A stretch of 64,000 bases of DNA from an uncultured Arachnia sp. GTDB lineage: Bacteria > Actinomycetota > Actinomycetes > Propionibacteriales > Propionibacteriaceae. Where the stretch lies: NCBI GenBank assembly GCA_947493995.1, contig CANLTJ010000003.1, positions 29,298 to 93,297 of the forward strand, in the 5' to 3' direction. The position numbers and the translations under genes were made by a program. Shown piece after piece: positions 18,763 to 26,978 of the stretch; positions within the stretch are counted from its first letter, which is position 1; each line of letters opens with the position of its first letter. Below the pieces are notes generated by a model, which saw only the letters and a list, made by a program, of their open reading frames with translations, made no database searches and had not been told where the DNA came from.

Positions 18763-19916
18763 GTGTTCATCCTCGATGTGTGGTCGGTGAAGTGTGGCCG
18801 GCCCCCCATCGTTTCGGAGATGGTTGCCCGGACCACAGCAGAGAGATCACCGTCGTTGGCCTTGGCCACCCGGCGTTGCCGCACGTAGCTGGGACCACGA
18901 TGCACCAGTTCCACGCAATCCGCCAGTTGGCTGGGGCAGCCGAGGTCCTCGGCAATCGGCTGCAACCGATCCAGCCACGTCAACAGACCCTCGCGAAGCT
19001 GCATGGTGTGTTCATGGGGTCGGGGCGTGACCACTTCGGCACCCAGCCCGTAGCGTGCTGCCCGCCACTTGTTCTCGCGCATGAACCAGAAGGGTAGCCG
19101 CTCGATTTCGCGGCCCTCGTCCAGTTCTCTCGACATCCACTCCACCAGGCATTGCGTCAGGGCAGTGAGCGCGCCGATCTCATGGACGGTCGGTACACAG
19201 TCCATGGCCCGGTTCTCGACGGTGCCGAACGTGGAGGGGCGGATGTCCCAGCGGATCTCCTTGGAGTTCTGAATCATGCCTACGCCCTCCAGTTCCGTGG
19301 CGTAGCGCTCGAACTCCTTCCACGAGGCCATGTGGTAGGGAAGGCCGTTGGTGGGAAGTTGTTGGAACATCATCGTTCGCTGCGACGCGAAGGCGGTGTC
19401 GGCGCCCATCCAGAACGGCGACGACGCGCTCAGCGCAATGAAGTACGGGATGAAGCGGGCCAGACCGTAAGTGATGGGCAGCGCCTTGGACCGATCGTCG
19501 ACGCCCGCATGGATGTGGAGGCCGTTGACCGCCATCTGGGAGCCCCACCAGCCGTTGCGTTCCCGGACCCGGCGGTACTGTGCCTTCTTCACGGGCTGCT
19601 GCGCACTGGGATCAGTGAACGGGTGCGCTCCCATGGCCATGATGGCGAGACCGTGTGCTTCCAGGGCGTCGACGGCGTGGCCCATGAGGCCATGCATCTC
19701 TTCGACCACTCCGCCGACGCTGTCGTGGACTCCGCTCACGAGTTCAATCATGCTCTGGAGATACTCGGTGCGGATGGGACCCGCGTCGGGATCCTCCACG
19801 TGGTCCAGTATGCGGTGCGCCTCGGGAACCACGTCGAGTGTGGACAGGTCCACCACGGTCAGTTCCCACTCGACCCCGAGTGTGGCCCGTCGCGACGGCT
19901 TGAACTCGATCTTCAT
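18759..19916 (-). CDS. Glutamate--cysteine ligase-like carboxylate-amine ligase (YbdK/GCS2)
   Basis: TLGVEWEL, GAHPF, GLHIH, LSASSPFW.G.DT, WDIRP...TVENR and ENKWRAARYG. Confidence 0.9.
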   Translation of the reverse strand: MKIEFKPSRRATLGVEWELTVVDLSTLDVVPEAHRILDHVEDPDAGPIRTEYLQSMIELVSGVHDSVGGVVEEMHGLMGHAVDALEAHGLAIMAMGAHPFTDPSAQQPVKKAQYRRVRERNGWWGSQMAVNGLHIHAGVDDRSKALPITYGLARFIPYFIALSASSPFWMGADTAFASQRTMMFQQLPTNGLPYHMASWKEFERYATELEGVGMIQNSKEIRWDIRPSTFGTVENRAMDCVPTVHEIGALTALTQCLVEWMSRELDEGREIERLPFWFMRENKWRAARYGLGAEVVTPRPHEHTMQLREGLLTWLDRLQPIAEDLGCPSQLADCVELVHRGPSYVRQRRVAKANDGDLSAVVRATISETMGGRPHFTDHTSRMNT

Positions 19917-20056
19917 GGCTGAACCTGCTCTGTTCGATGGAGATGACTACTTCACGGACAATAATGCCCGCAGGGCGGCAATGCGCAGGCGGATCACTTC
20001 GCGGCGGTAGGCTGAGGCCGGAAAACAGGCGTTCCCGTGAGAGGCGAAGAATCCCC

Positions 20057-21244
20057 ATGTCGTTGTTGCACAGCATTCAATTGGCCCCGGCAGATCCCAT
20101 CCTCGGTCTGAACGAAGCCTTCGCCAGGGACGCACGGCCGGACAAGGTGAATCTGGGCGTCGGTGTGTATCTGGACGAGGACGGCACCCTGCCGCTGCTG
20201 GAATGTGTGCGGGTGGCCGAGGAACGGTTGACGAAGCAGAACAGGCCCCACGGGTATCTGGGCATTGACGGAATGCCGGCCTACATCGACGCCACCCGCG
20301 ACCTGGTGTTCGGCGCTGACTCCTCCGTCCTCGCCCGCACCGCAAGTGTTCAGGCCCTCGGCGGGACAGGGGCGCTGAAGGTGGGTGCGGATCTGATCAA
20401 GCAGCTCAACCCCGGGGCGAAGTTCCTGATCTCCACGCCCAGCTGGGAGAACCACCGGGCGCTGTTCACCCGCGCCGGTTTCGACGTGGAGCACTATCGC
20501 TACTACTCGCCTGGGCTCAGGGGCATCGACGTCGAGGGAATGATCGAGGACCTGGAGGCAGCCGAGGAGGGCACGGTCGTCGTGCTCCATGCCTGTTGCC
20601 ACAATCCCACCGGGTACGACCTCTCTGCCGACGACTGGGGTCGTGTCATCGACGTGGTGAAGTCGCGCAATCTCACCGCTTTCATCGACATGGCGTACCA
20701 GGGGTTCGGGTTCGGCATCCAGGAGGACAAGGCTGTCATCGATCGCTTCGTGGACGCGGGTCTCGAGTTCTTCGTGGCCACGTCGTTCTCGAAGTCTTTC
20801 AGCCTCTACGGCGAGCGGATCGGTGCCCTGCACGTCGTGACCCGTGACACGGACGCCGCTGTCAGAGTGTTGAGTCAACTGAAGATCTGCATCCGCACCA
20901 ACTACTCCAATCCCGCCAAGCACGGTGCGGCCCTGGTGGCGGAGGTCCTGAACGACCCGGAACTGCGTCGAATGTGGGAGGACGAACTGGCCGCCATGCG
21001 GACACGCATCAAGGCACTGCGCTCCCAGCTCGTCGCGGAACTGCGGGCGGAGGGCATCACGGACATGGACTTCATCGCCGAGCAGCTGGGAATGTTCAGC
21101 TACTCCGGTCTGACGAAGGAGCAGATGGTGGCGCTGCGCACCGAGCACGGCGTCTACGGCACCGACGCCGGTCGCATGTGCGTCGCCGCCCTGAACTCGC
21201 GCAACATCGGCCACGTGGCACGGGCGATAGCCGCCGTACGGTGA
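20057..21244 (+). CDS. aspC: Aspartate/aromatic amino acid aminotransferase, class Ia
   Basis: DPILGLNEAF..D.RP.KVNLGVGVY, LHACCHNPTG, DMAYQGF and SFSKSFSLYGERIG (PLP lysine). Confidence 0.88.
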   Translation: MSLLHSIQLAPADPILGLNEAFARDARPDKVNLGVGVYLDEDGTLPLLECVRVAEERLTKQNRPHGYLGIDGMPAYIDATRDLVFGADSSVLARTASVQALGGTGALKVGADLIKQLNPGAKFLISTPSWENHRALFTRAGFDVEHYRYYSPGLRGIDVEGMIEDLEAAEEGTVVVLHACCHNPTGYDLSADDWGRVIDVVKSRNLTAFIDMAYQGFGFGIQEDKAVIDRFVDAGLEFFVATSFSKSFSLYGERIGALHVVTRDTDAAVRVLSQLKICIRTNYSNPAKHGAALVAEVLNDPELRRMWEDELAAMRTRIKALRSQLVAELRAEGITDMDFIAEQLGMFSYSGLTKEQMVALRTEHGVYGTDAGRMCVAALNSRNIGHVARAIAAVR

Positions 21245-21264
21245 CGACCCATGGAAAGTGTATA

Positions 21265-21284
21265 TAGATACATCTACTATGTAT
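21265..21284 (+). promoter_or_regulatory. vapBC promoter/operator
   Basis: Two overlapping inverted repeats, TAGAT-AC-ATCTA (21265-21276) and ATACAT-N5-ATGTAT (21268-21284), cover a -10 TACTAT (21275-21280) 6 nt before the ATG. Confidence 0.65.
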
Positions 21285-21286
21285 GC

Positions 21287-21544
21287 ATGACGTCACTACT
21301 GCAGATCAGAAACGTGCCGGATGAGGCACGTAGGGTACTGAAGATGCGCGCGGCCGCGCGCGGGGAGTCGCTCAACTCCTATTTGCTGGGTCTGATTGAC
21401 CAAGAGGTGGCACAACCCACCGTCGCGGAAGTTATGGATCGAGCTGCACGTCGAAGCAGGACGACCGAGGTGAACGCTGTGGAAGCACTGGACGAAGCTC
21501 GCCGTGAGCGCGATGAGCAGCTGATGGAGCGCCTCCGTCGATGA
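21287..21544 (+). CDS. vapB: FitA/VapB-like ribbon-helix-helix antitoxin
   Basis: LLQIRNVPDE...LK.RAAARG.SLNSYL; ATGA overlap with the PIN gene. Confidence 0.85.
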   Translation: MTSLLQIRNVPDEARRVLKMRAAARGESLNSYLLGLIDQEVAQPTVAEVMDRAARRSRTTEVNAVEALDEARRERDEQLMERLRR

Positions 21545-21930
21545 TCGTGGTGGACGCATCCGCGGTAGTCGCTGCGCTGACTGCTCCACCGGGCACGGAC
21601 GCCCTTCGGGCGCATCTCTCCACCCAGGAGTTGCATGCACCAAACCTCCTGGACTTTGAGGTGGTTTCGGCACTGCGGGGACTGTCCATGTCCCGGCAAC
21701 TGAGTTCGAGTGACGCTCTCGCGTGCCTGCTGGACCTGGATGACCTACGGGTGCGGCGCTGGCCATTCAGCGGTGCGATGCGTCGTCGGGCCTTTGAGTT
21801 GCGCAACAATGTCACCGCATACGACGCCGCCTACGTTGCTCTCGCCGAAGCGCTGGAATGTCCATTGATCACTCGTGATGAGCGTCTGGCTCGCTCGGCT
21901 GCCCACGAGGCACGAATCGAAGCCTGGTAG
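21541..21930 (+). CDS. vapC: VapC PIN-domain toxin
   Basis: MIVVDASA, E in APNLLDFEVVSALR, YDAAYVALAE and LITRDERL acidic active-site residues. Confidence 0.92.
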   Translation: MIVVDASAVVAALTAPPGTDALRAHLSTQELHAPNLLDFEVVSALRGLSMSRQLSSSDALACLLDLDDLRVRRWPFSGAMRRRAFELRNNVTAYDAAYVALAEALECPLITRDERLARSAAHEARIEAW

Positions 21931-21992
21931 GCACAGCGTGGATCGTGCACCAGGCCTAGAACGAGGATCGACGAGGAGGTAGTGGCCATCTG

Positions 21993-22020
21993 TGGTTGGT
22001 AGTCCGACCACTATCGGCCA
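21993..22020 (+). terminator. Hairpin downstream of vapC
   Basis: TGGTTGGTAGT-CCGACC-ACTATCGGCCA forms an 11-bp stem using G-U pairs that work only on the + transcript; no U-tract. Confidence 0.45.
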
Positions 22021-23805
22021 CTACCCTTGCAGGGGGCCGGGGTCAGGTGCGGACGGACGGCGGCCGAGGCCGCTGGCCCGGCGCGCCGGGGTCTCGACGG
22101 CGATGCGCAAAGCCTCCGGGCTGCCGTAGATGCGTACCCGGGAGCGGGCACGGGTGACGGCTGTGTAGAGCAGCTCGCGCGTCAGGAGCGGGGAGCCGAC
22201 GGGCGGCAGAACCAGGCTGACCACGTCGAACTGGCTCCCCTGGGACTTGTGGATGGTCATGGCGTGCAGATCGGCGGCATCGTCCAACAAGATGGGTTCC
22301 ACCAGAACTGAACCCTGGCCTCGATCGACCGACGCCATCAGCCGTCCGTTGATCGCCACGACGACGGCGGTGTCGCCATTGGAGGCGATGTCGCTGTTGC
22401 GGGTGATCAGCAACGGTTGGCCGAGCCAGGCGCCTCCGGTGTGGCCGTAGCCCTCGAACTGCTCCGAGAGCCAGAGCCGCGCTTCCCTGGACCATTGGCC
22501 CACGCCGAACGGACCCTCCCGGTGCGCGCACAGCACGCGGTGGGTGGCCAGCGCCTCGTTGGCGCCGTCACCGTCGCCCCTCGATGCGGCGCGACGGACG
22601 GCTTCGGCAGTGCTACGAAGGTCGCTTGTGAGCACGTCGAAGGCCGTGACGGCCTGGGCGCCGTCGTAGGCCTCCATGGACACTGCGTCCCCGGACGTGA
22701 CGAGGCGCATGACATCATCGGCCCTGCCGTCCTGAATGGCGACGGCAAGCGCATTGATCTCGGGGTTGCTGCGTCGGTTCCGGCGCAACTGCACCACGGG
22801 CGAGCCGTCGGCGGATGCGACCAACTCTCGCGATCGGGCGATGTCGGCCAACACGGCGCCGGCCTCAACTGATGCCAACTGGTCGGGATCGCCGATGAGG
22901 ATCAGACGGGTGCCGTCGGAAAGCGCCTCGAGCAACCAGGACATCATCGTGAGCGAGACCATGGAGGTTTCGTCGACGATGACGATGTCATGGGGCAGGA
23001 GGTTGTCGCGGTGGTAGGTGCGACGCGGGCGGCCGGGCACGACGCCGAGGAGTTTGTGCAGGGTGAGGCCCCGCAACCGCAGTCCTTCGTGCAGACGCAT
23101 GTCGTGGGCGACGGCGCCCATCAGGCGTGTGGCAGCCTTTCCCGTCGGCGCAGCCAGCGCGACCAACAACGGACGGTCCGCATCCGCCAGACTCGTCAGG
23201 ATTCGGGCCACCATCGTGGTCTTGCCGGTACCCGGTCCGCCCGTGATCACGGTGGTGGAGTTGGCGAGGGCGGCGAGCACGGCGGCATCCTGCTCGTCGT
23301 CCTGCTCCATTCCCGGCAGTGAAAGACGTGACCTTTGAAGTGTTTCACCGTCCAGCGAGAGCGTGGGGAGGGCGAAACGGTGGCGGAGTCTGGTTTCCAC
23401 CTGGCGTTCCTCGCTCCAGTAGCGCTCGAGGTAGAGCAGTGAGCCGTCGAGCCGGAAGGGTCGCCCCTCCTCGCCGGGTCGCGCCACGGCAGGCGAGGCC
23501 GCAAGCGCCTCCAGCCACGCATCTGGTTCGGGCCACGGAAGCGTGGCGGTCATGGCATCCACCGTTCCGTCCTCGATACCGGATTCGGGCGCCAGCGCAG
23601 ACGCAAGCCGGAGGTCGAGACACACCGACCCCAGACGCAACTCTCGGGTGGCCAGAGCGAACGCCAGCTCGACCCGCTCATCCGTTTCCTGCCCCAACGC
23701 TGCCATCCGGCGAGCCAGGTGGAAGTCCACGGGTGAGATCATTGTTGCTTCAGCAAAGGTGCGCAGTAGTCCAGTGGCGGCCACCGGCACGTCGTGGCGG
23801 CTCAT
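22021..23805 (-). CDS. recD: Exodeoxyribonuclease V alpha subunit
   Basis: ITGGPGTGKTT, AAPTGKAA, IVDETSMV, GDPDQLASVEAG, AMTIHKSQGSQF and LLYTAVTRAR. Confidence 0.93.
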   Translation of the reverse strand: MSRHDVPVAATGLLRTFAEATMISPVDFHLARRMAALGQETDERVELAFALATRELRLGSVCLDLRLASALAPESGIEDGTVDAMTATLPWPEPDAWLEALAASPAVARPGEEGRPFRLDGSLLYLERYWSEERQVETRLRHRFALPTLSLDGETLQRSRLSLPGMEQDDEQDAAVLAALANSTTVITGGPGTGKTTMVARILTSLADADRPLLVALAAPTGKAATRLMGAVAHDMRLHEGLRLRGLTLHKLLGVVPGRPRRTYHRDNLLPHDIVIVDETSMVSLTMMSWLLEALSDGTRLILIGDPDQLASVEAGAVLADIARSRELVASADGSPVVQLRRNRRSNPEINALAVAIQDGRADDVMRLVTSGDAVSMEAYDGAQAVTAFDVLTSDLRSTAEAVRRAASRGDGDGANEALATHRVLCAHREGPFGVGQWSREARLWLSEQFEGYGHTGGAWLGQPLLITRNSDIASNGDTAVVVAINGRLMASVDRGQGSVLVEPILLDDAADLHAMTIHKSQGSQFDVVSLVLPPVGSPLLTRELLYTAVTRARSRVRIYGSPEALRIAVETPARRASGLGRRPSAPDPGPLQG

Positions 23806-26800
23806 GGAGTCCCCCTCAGAAGTTCTGAGGCCGCCAGCACCAGTGCTGTGGGCGGGTGCCAGGTGAAGACGCCGCACGGCATGCCGTCAACTTCTGGCGC
23901 ATCCTCTCCGGCCATGCCGCGGACGAACAGGTACCCCGCGCCACCCAGATGCTGCTCGGGCGAGTAACCGGGCAGTCGCCAGGTAAGGAAGCGGTGCAGA
24001 GCGACGCAGTACAGCATGGCCTGCAGGGGATAGTGCGCATGCATCATGGCCTGCGTCATCGCTGCTTCCCGATAGTGACCAACGGTCAGTTCCTCATCGG
24101 GCGCAGTGGGAAGCCGGTTGGTCTTGTAGTCCACCACCACGAACTTCTTCGACGGTGTCTGCAGCACGGCGTCGATGGAACCGGTCAGGAAGCCGCGCAG
24201 GACCCCATCGGCCGCTGGTGAGGATCGGAGATGGGCGGGGTACGTGGCCAGGACATCGCCGTCGGCGAGATGGTGGCTCATGAGGTCTGCCAGATCGCCG
24301 ACGCTGGCTGAGGTGCCGAGTTCTGACAGCGGCATGTCGAAATCGAGCTCGGGAAGGCGATGCTCCAGCGGAATGTCGCGCAGCGCGGCATTGTCCGCCA
24401 AAGGGCCCAGCGGGGTGGAGCAGATCTGGATGAGTGAGGAGGAGAGGACGGCTGCTTCCTCGGGCGGCATCCCGAATCGGGGAGCGAGCCGCGAGACCAC
24501 CTCGTGTGCGCTTTTGGTCAGATGCGTGGGCCGCCAGTCCAGCTCCTCCAGTGACGCATGGACGAGGGTGCCGAAGGCGGCTCCGCCGGGCAGCTGGGCC
24601 ATCGGGGAGGGAAGGTCGATGCCCGGGTGCGGTGTGGATGGCGCCACGTCCACTTCGGCGGGTTCGTCACCGTGCATCGTCGTGCCGCCCGATTCGTGCA
24701 GGCCCGCCGTCAACCCCGAGTAGGAGGTGCGCCGCCACAGTTGGTCCACCTCGCGGGTCAGGTGGGCGGTCTTCAACGGGGTGGTGGCGACGGGCGGCGA
24801 CGGCATGGCCGTGGGAGGGGTGTCGTCGAGGTCGCTGATGTGGACCAGCTCCGGATTCAGCGGCGACTGCGGCGGAACCCGGGCATAGCGGTCGTGCAGC
24901 GCGGTGGTGCTCCGGTCACGGGCGAGCAGCGCTGTGAGGGAGCCGGACTGGGAGCGCCTCCCGGCGACATGCCAGGCGATCGTCATGTACTTCGCCCGGG
25001 TCAGCGCCACGTAGAGCAGGCGCAGTTCCTCGTCGCGTTGCTGCCGTTCGAACTCTTTGCGGGTGGGATCGCGGAAATCCGGCGGTGGGCCCACATGGAG
25101 ATAACGCTTTCCCTCCAGCACCACCGGGAATGGTTTGCGGACCTGCACGATGAGATCACTGACCTCGGGGACCAGGACGATGCCGAACTGCAGCCCCTTG
25201 GCGGAGTGCATTGTGGTGACGCGGACGGCTGGCGCGTCGGAGGCGAGCCGCGTCTCGGCCCCGTCGACCGCCATGCCGTCGCGTGCCCGCTGAAGCCAGT
25301 CCTGCAGCGCGTTCAGGTCGGCAATTCCCGAGTGCGACAGCAGCTCTGCCACGTGGTGCAAATCGGTCAGAATCCTCTCTCCGTCCGGCCGGGCGAGCAC
25401 GCGGGAGTCCAGAGCGGTGTTGGTGACCAGGACCGACAGCACTTCCGGGATGCCTCCCTCGTCATGGGCACGGATCAGCCGGTGCACCAGGACGGAGGCG
25501 GCGACGGAATGCTCCCCTCCGCCGAGCAGTCCGGAGAAGGCGAAGCCCATGAGGTCTGTGGCAGCGGCGAGCACGATGTTGGAGCGGGTGGGGGCGATCA
25601 TCGATGCCAGCAGCATCGACCAGTCATGGGCGGCGTCACTGCGCAGCACATCCTCCTGGCCGTGGAAGACCGCAGGCACACCCGCCGCCTGCAGGGCCCC
25701 GACGAGTTCCGCTCCGCGCGCTCGGTTGCGTACCAGCACGGCGATGTCCGAAGCACTGGCAGAGCGTTCCTCGCCCTGCTCATCGGTGATCCGGGCCCGT
25801 TCCAACAACTGCATGGTGAGTCCCACCATGTCGTGGGCAATCGCCTCATGCGGGGGATGCAGGAGCATGTCGGCAGTGCCACGTCGTATCAGGACCCGGG
25901 CGGCTGGTCCCGGCATATGCAGGCGCGATGAGTGCTTGCTCTCGACGTCCACCACCGTGATGGTGGGGTCGCCGAGTGGCAGGTTCCCGAACAACTCCCG
26001 GACCCCTTGCACGACCGCGGCATCGGAGCGGTGGTTGCGCGGCAACGAGAACGTCTCGATCTCGCGGGCGGCATCCAAGTAGCTCATCAGGTCGGCATTG
26101 CGGAACCCGTAGATGGACTGCTTGGGATCACCGATGAGGACGGTGGTCCGGTTCTCAGCCACGAAAGCACGTTTGATGATCTGCCACTGCTGGGGGTCGG
26201 TGTCCTGGAACTCGTCCACAAGCACCACGGCAAACCGACGTCGAAGGGCCTCGATGGCCCATTCGCCCGTGGCGGGGGAGACCAGAATGTCGTGGAGGCG
26301 GCCGGTGAGATCGTCGAAGGTGACCAACCCCATCGTGCGCTTGCGCGCGGCAAAGCGCTGCCGTACTTCGTGACAGAACTCCTCGTCGTCCTTGTGCTGT
26401 GATGTCACCTCCAGGGCGGTGAGGCAGGCCTCACGGGCGATGGTGAGTGCTCGTCGTGGGTCGAGTGTGGGTTCGGCCACGTCCTGGTACCGGGAGACGT
26501 ACACATCGGTGGCGCACTGATCGATCAACCAACGCGCATCGGAAACGATGTTCTCCCCACCGTCCCAGTCGCCCAGCACACCCAACTCCATGAGCATGTT
26601 CTGACAGAAGACGTGCGTGGTGGCGATCAGCGCCGTGTCGAAGCGATCAAGAGCCGCGCGCAACCGTCCGCGACGCTTCTCAACGTCGTCCTGGCACAGC
26701 AGCGCCAGGACCTCGTCCTTCGGATCGGGCACGCCACCGCTCTCCAGGTAGGAGCCGAGGTCACGTTCCAGCTTCTGCAATCGGTGGAACACACTACTGC

Positions 26801-26975
26801 GCAGCTCCTGGGCGGCCTTGTTGCTGAAGGTGATGAGGAGGAACTCATCGATCCGGACGTCAGTCTCTGCCAGGAAGCGTGCGGTCAACGCGGCGATGGT
26901 CCACGTCTTGCCGGTCCCGGCGCTGGCCTCCAGCAGCAGCGGGTCAGTGGGGAGCGCGGAGGTGATGGAGAACAC
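23802..26975 (-). CDS. recB: Exodeoxyribonuclease V beta subunit
   Basis: EASAGTGKT, VDEFQDTD, GDPKQSIYGFR, TMHSAKGL, YVALTRAK and nuclease motif GSIDAV...VVDYKTN. Confidence 0.94.
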   Translation of the reverse strand: MFSITSALPTDPLLLEASAGTGKTWTIAALTARFLAETDVRIDEFLLITFSNKAAQELRSSVFHRLQKLERDLGSYLESGGVPDPKDEVLALLCQDDVEKRRGRLRAALDRFDTALIATTHVFCQNMLMELGVLGDWDGGENIVSDARWLIDQCATDVYVSRYQDVAEPTLDPRRALTIAREACLTALEVTSQHKDDEEFCHEVRQRFAARKRTMGLVTFDDLTGRLHDILVSPATGEWAIEALRRRFAVVLVDEFQDTDPQQWQIIKRAFVAENRTTVLIGDPKQSIYGFRNADLMSYLDAAREIETFSLPRNHRSDAAVVQGVRELFGNLPLGDPTITVVDVESKHSSRLHMPGPAARVLIRRGTADMLLHPPHEAIAHDMVGLTMQLLERARITDEQGEERSASASDIAVLVRNRARGAELVGALQAAGVPAVFHGQEDVLRSDAAHDWSMLLASMIAPTRSNIVLAAATDLMGFAFSGLLGGGEHSVAASVLVHRLIRAHDEGGIPEVLSVLVTNTALDSRVLARPDGERILTDLHHVAELLSHSGIADLNALQDWLQRARDGMAVDGAETRLASDAPAVRVTTMHSAKGLQFGIVLVPEVSDLIVQVRKPFPVVLEGKRYLHVGPPPDFRDPTRKEFERQQRDEELRLLYVALTRAKYMTIAWHVAGRRSQSGSLTALLARDRSTTALHDRYARVPPQSPLNPELVHISDLDDTPPTAMPSPPVATTPLKTAHLTREVDQLWRRTSYSGLTAGLHESGGTTMHGDEPAEVDVAPSTPHPGIDLPSPMAQLPGGAAFGTLVHASLEELDWRPTHLTKSAHEVVSRLAPRFGMPPEEAAVLSSSLIQICSTPLGPLADNAALRDIPLEHRLPELDFDMPLSELGTSASVGDLADLMSHHLADGDVLATYPAHLRSSPAADGVLRGFLTGSIDAVLQTPSKKFVVVDYKTNRLPTAPDEELTVGHYREAAMTQAMMHAHYPLQAMLYCVALHRFLTWRLPGYSPEQHLGGAGYLFVRGMAGEDAPEVDGMPCGVFTWHPPTALVLAASELLRGTP

Positions 26976-26978
26976 TGC

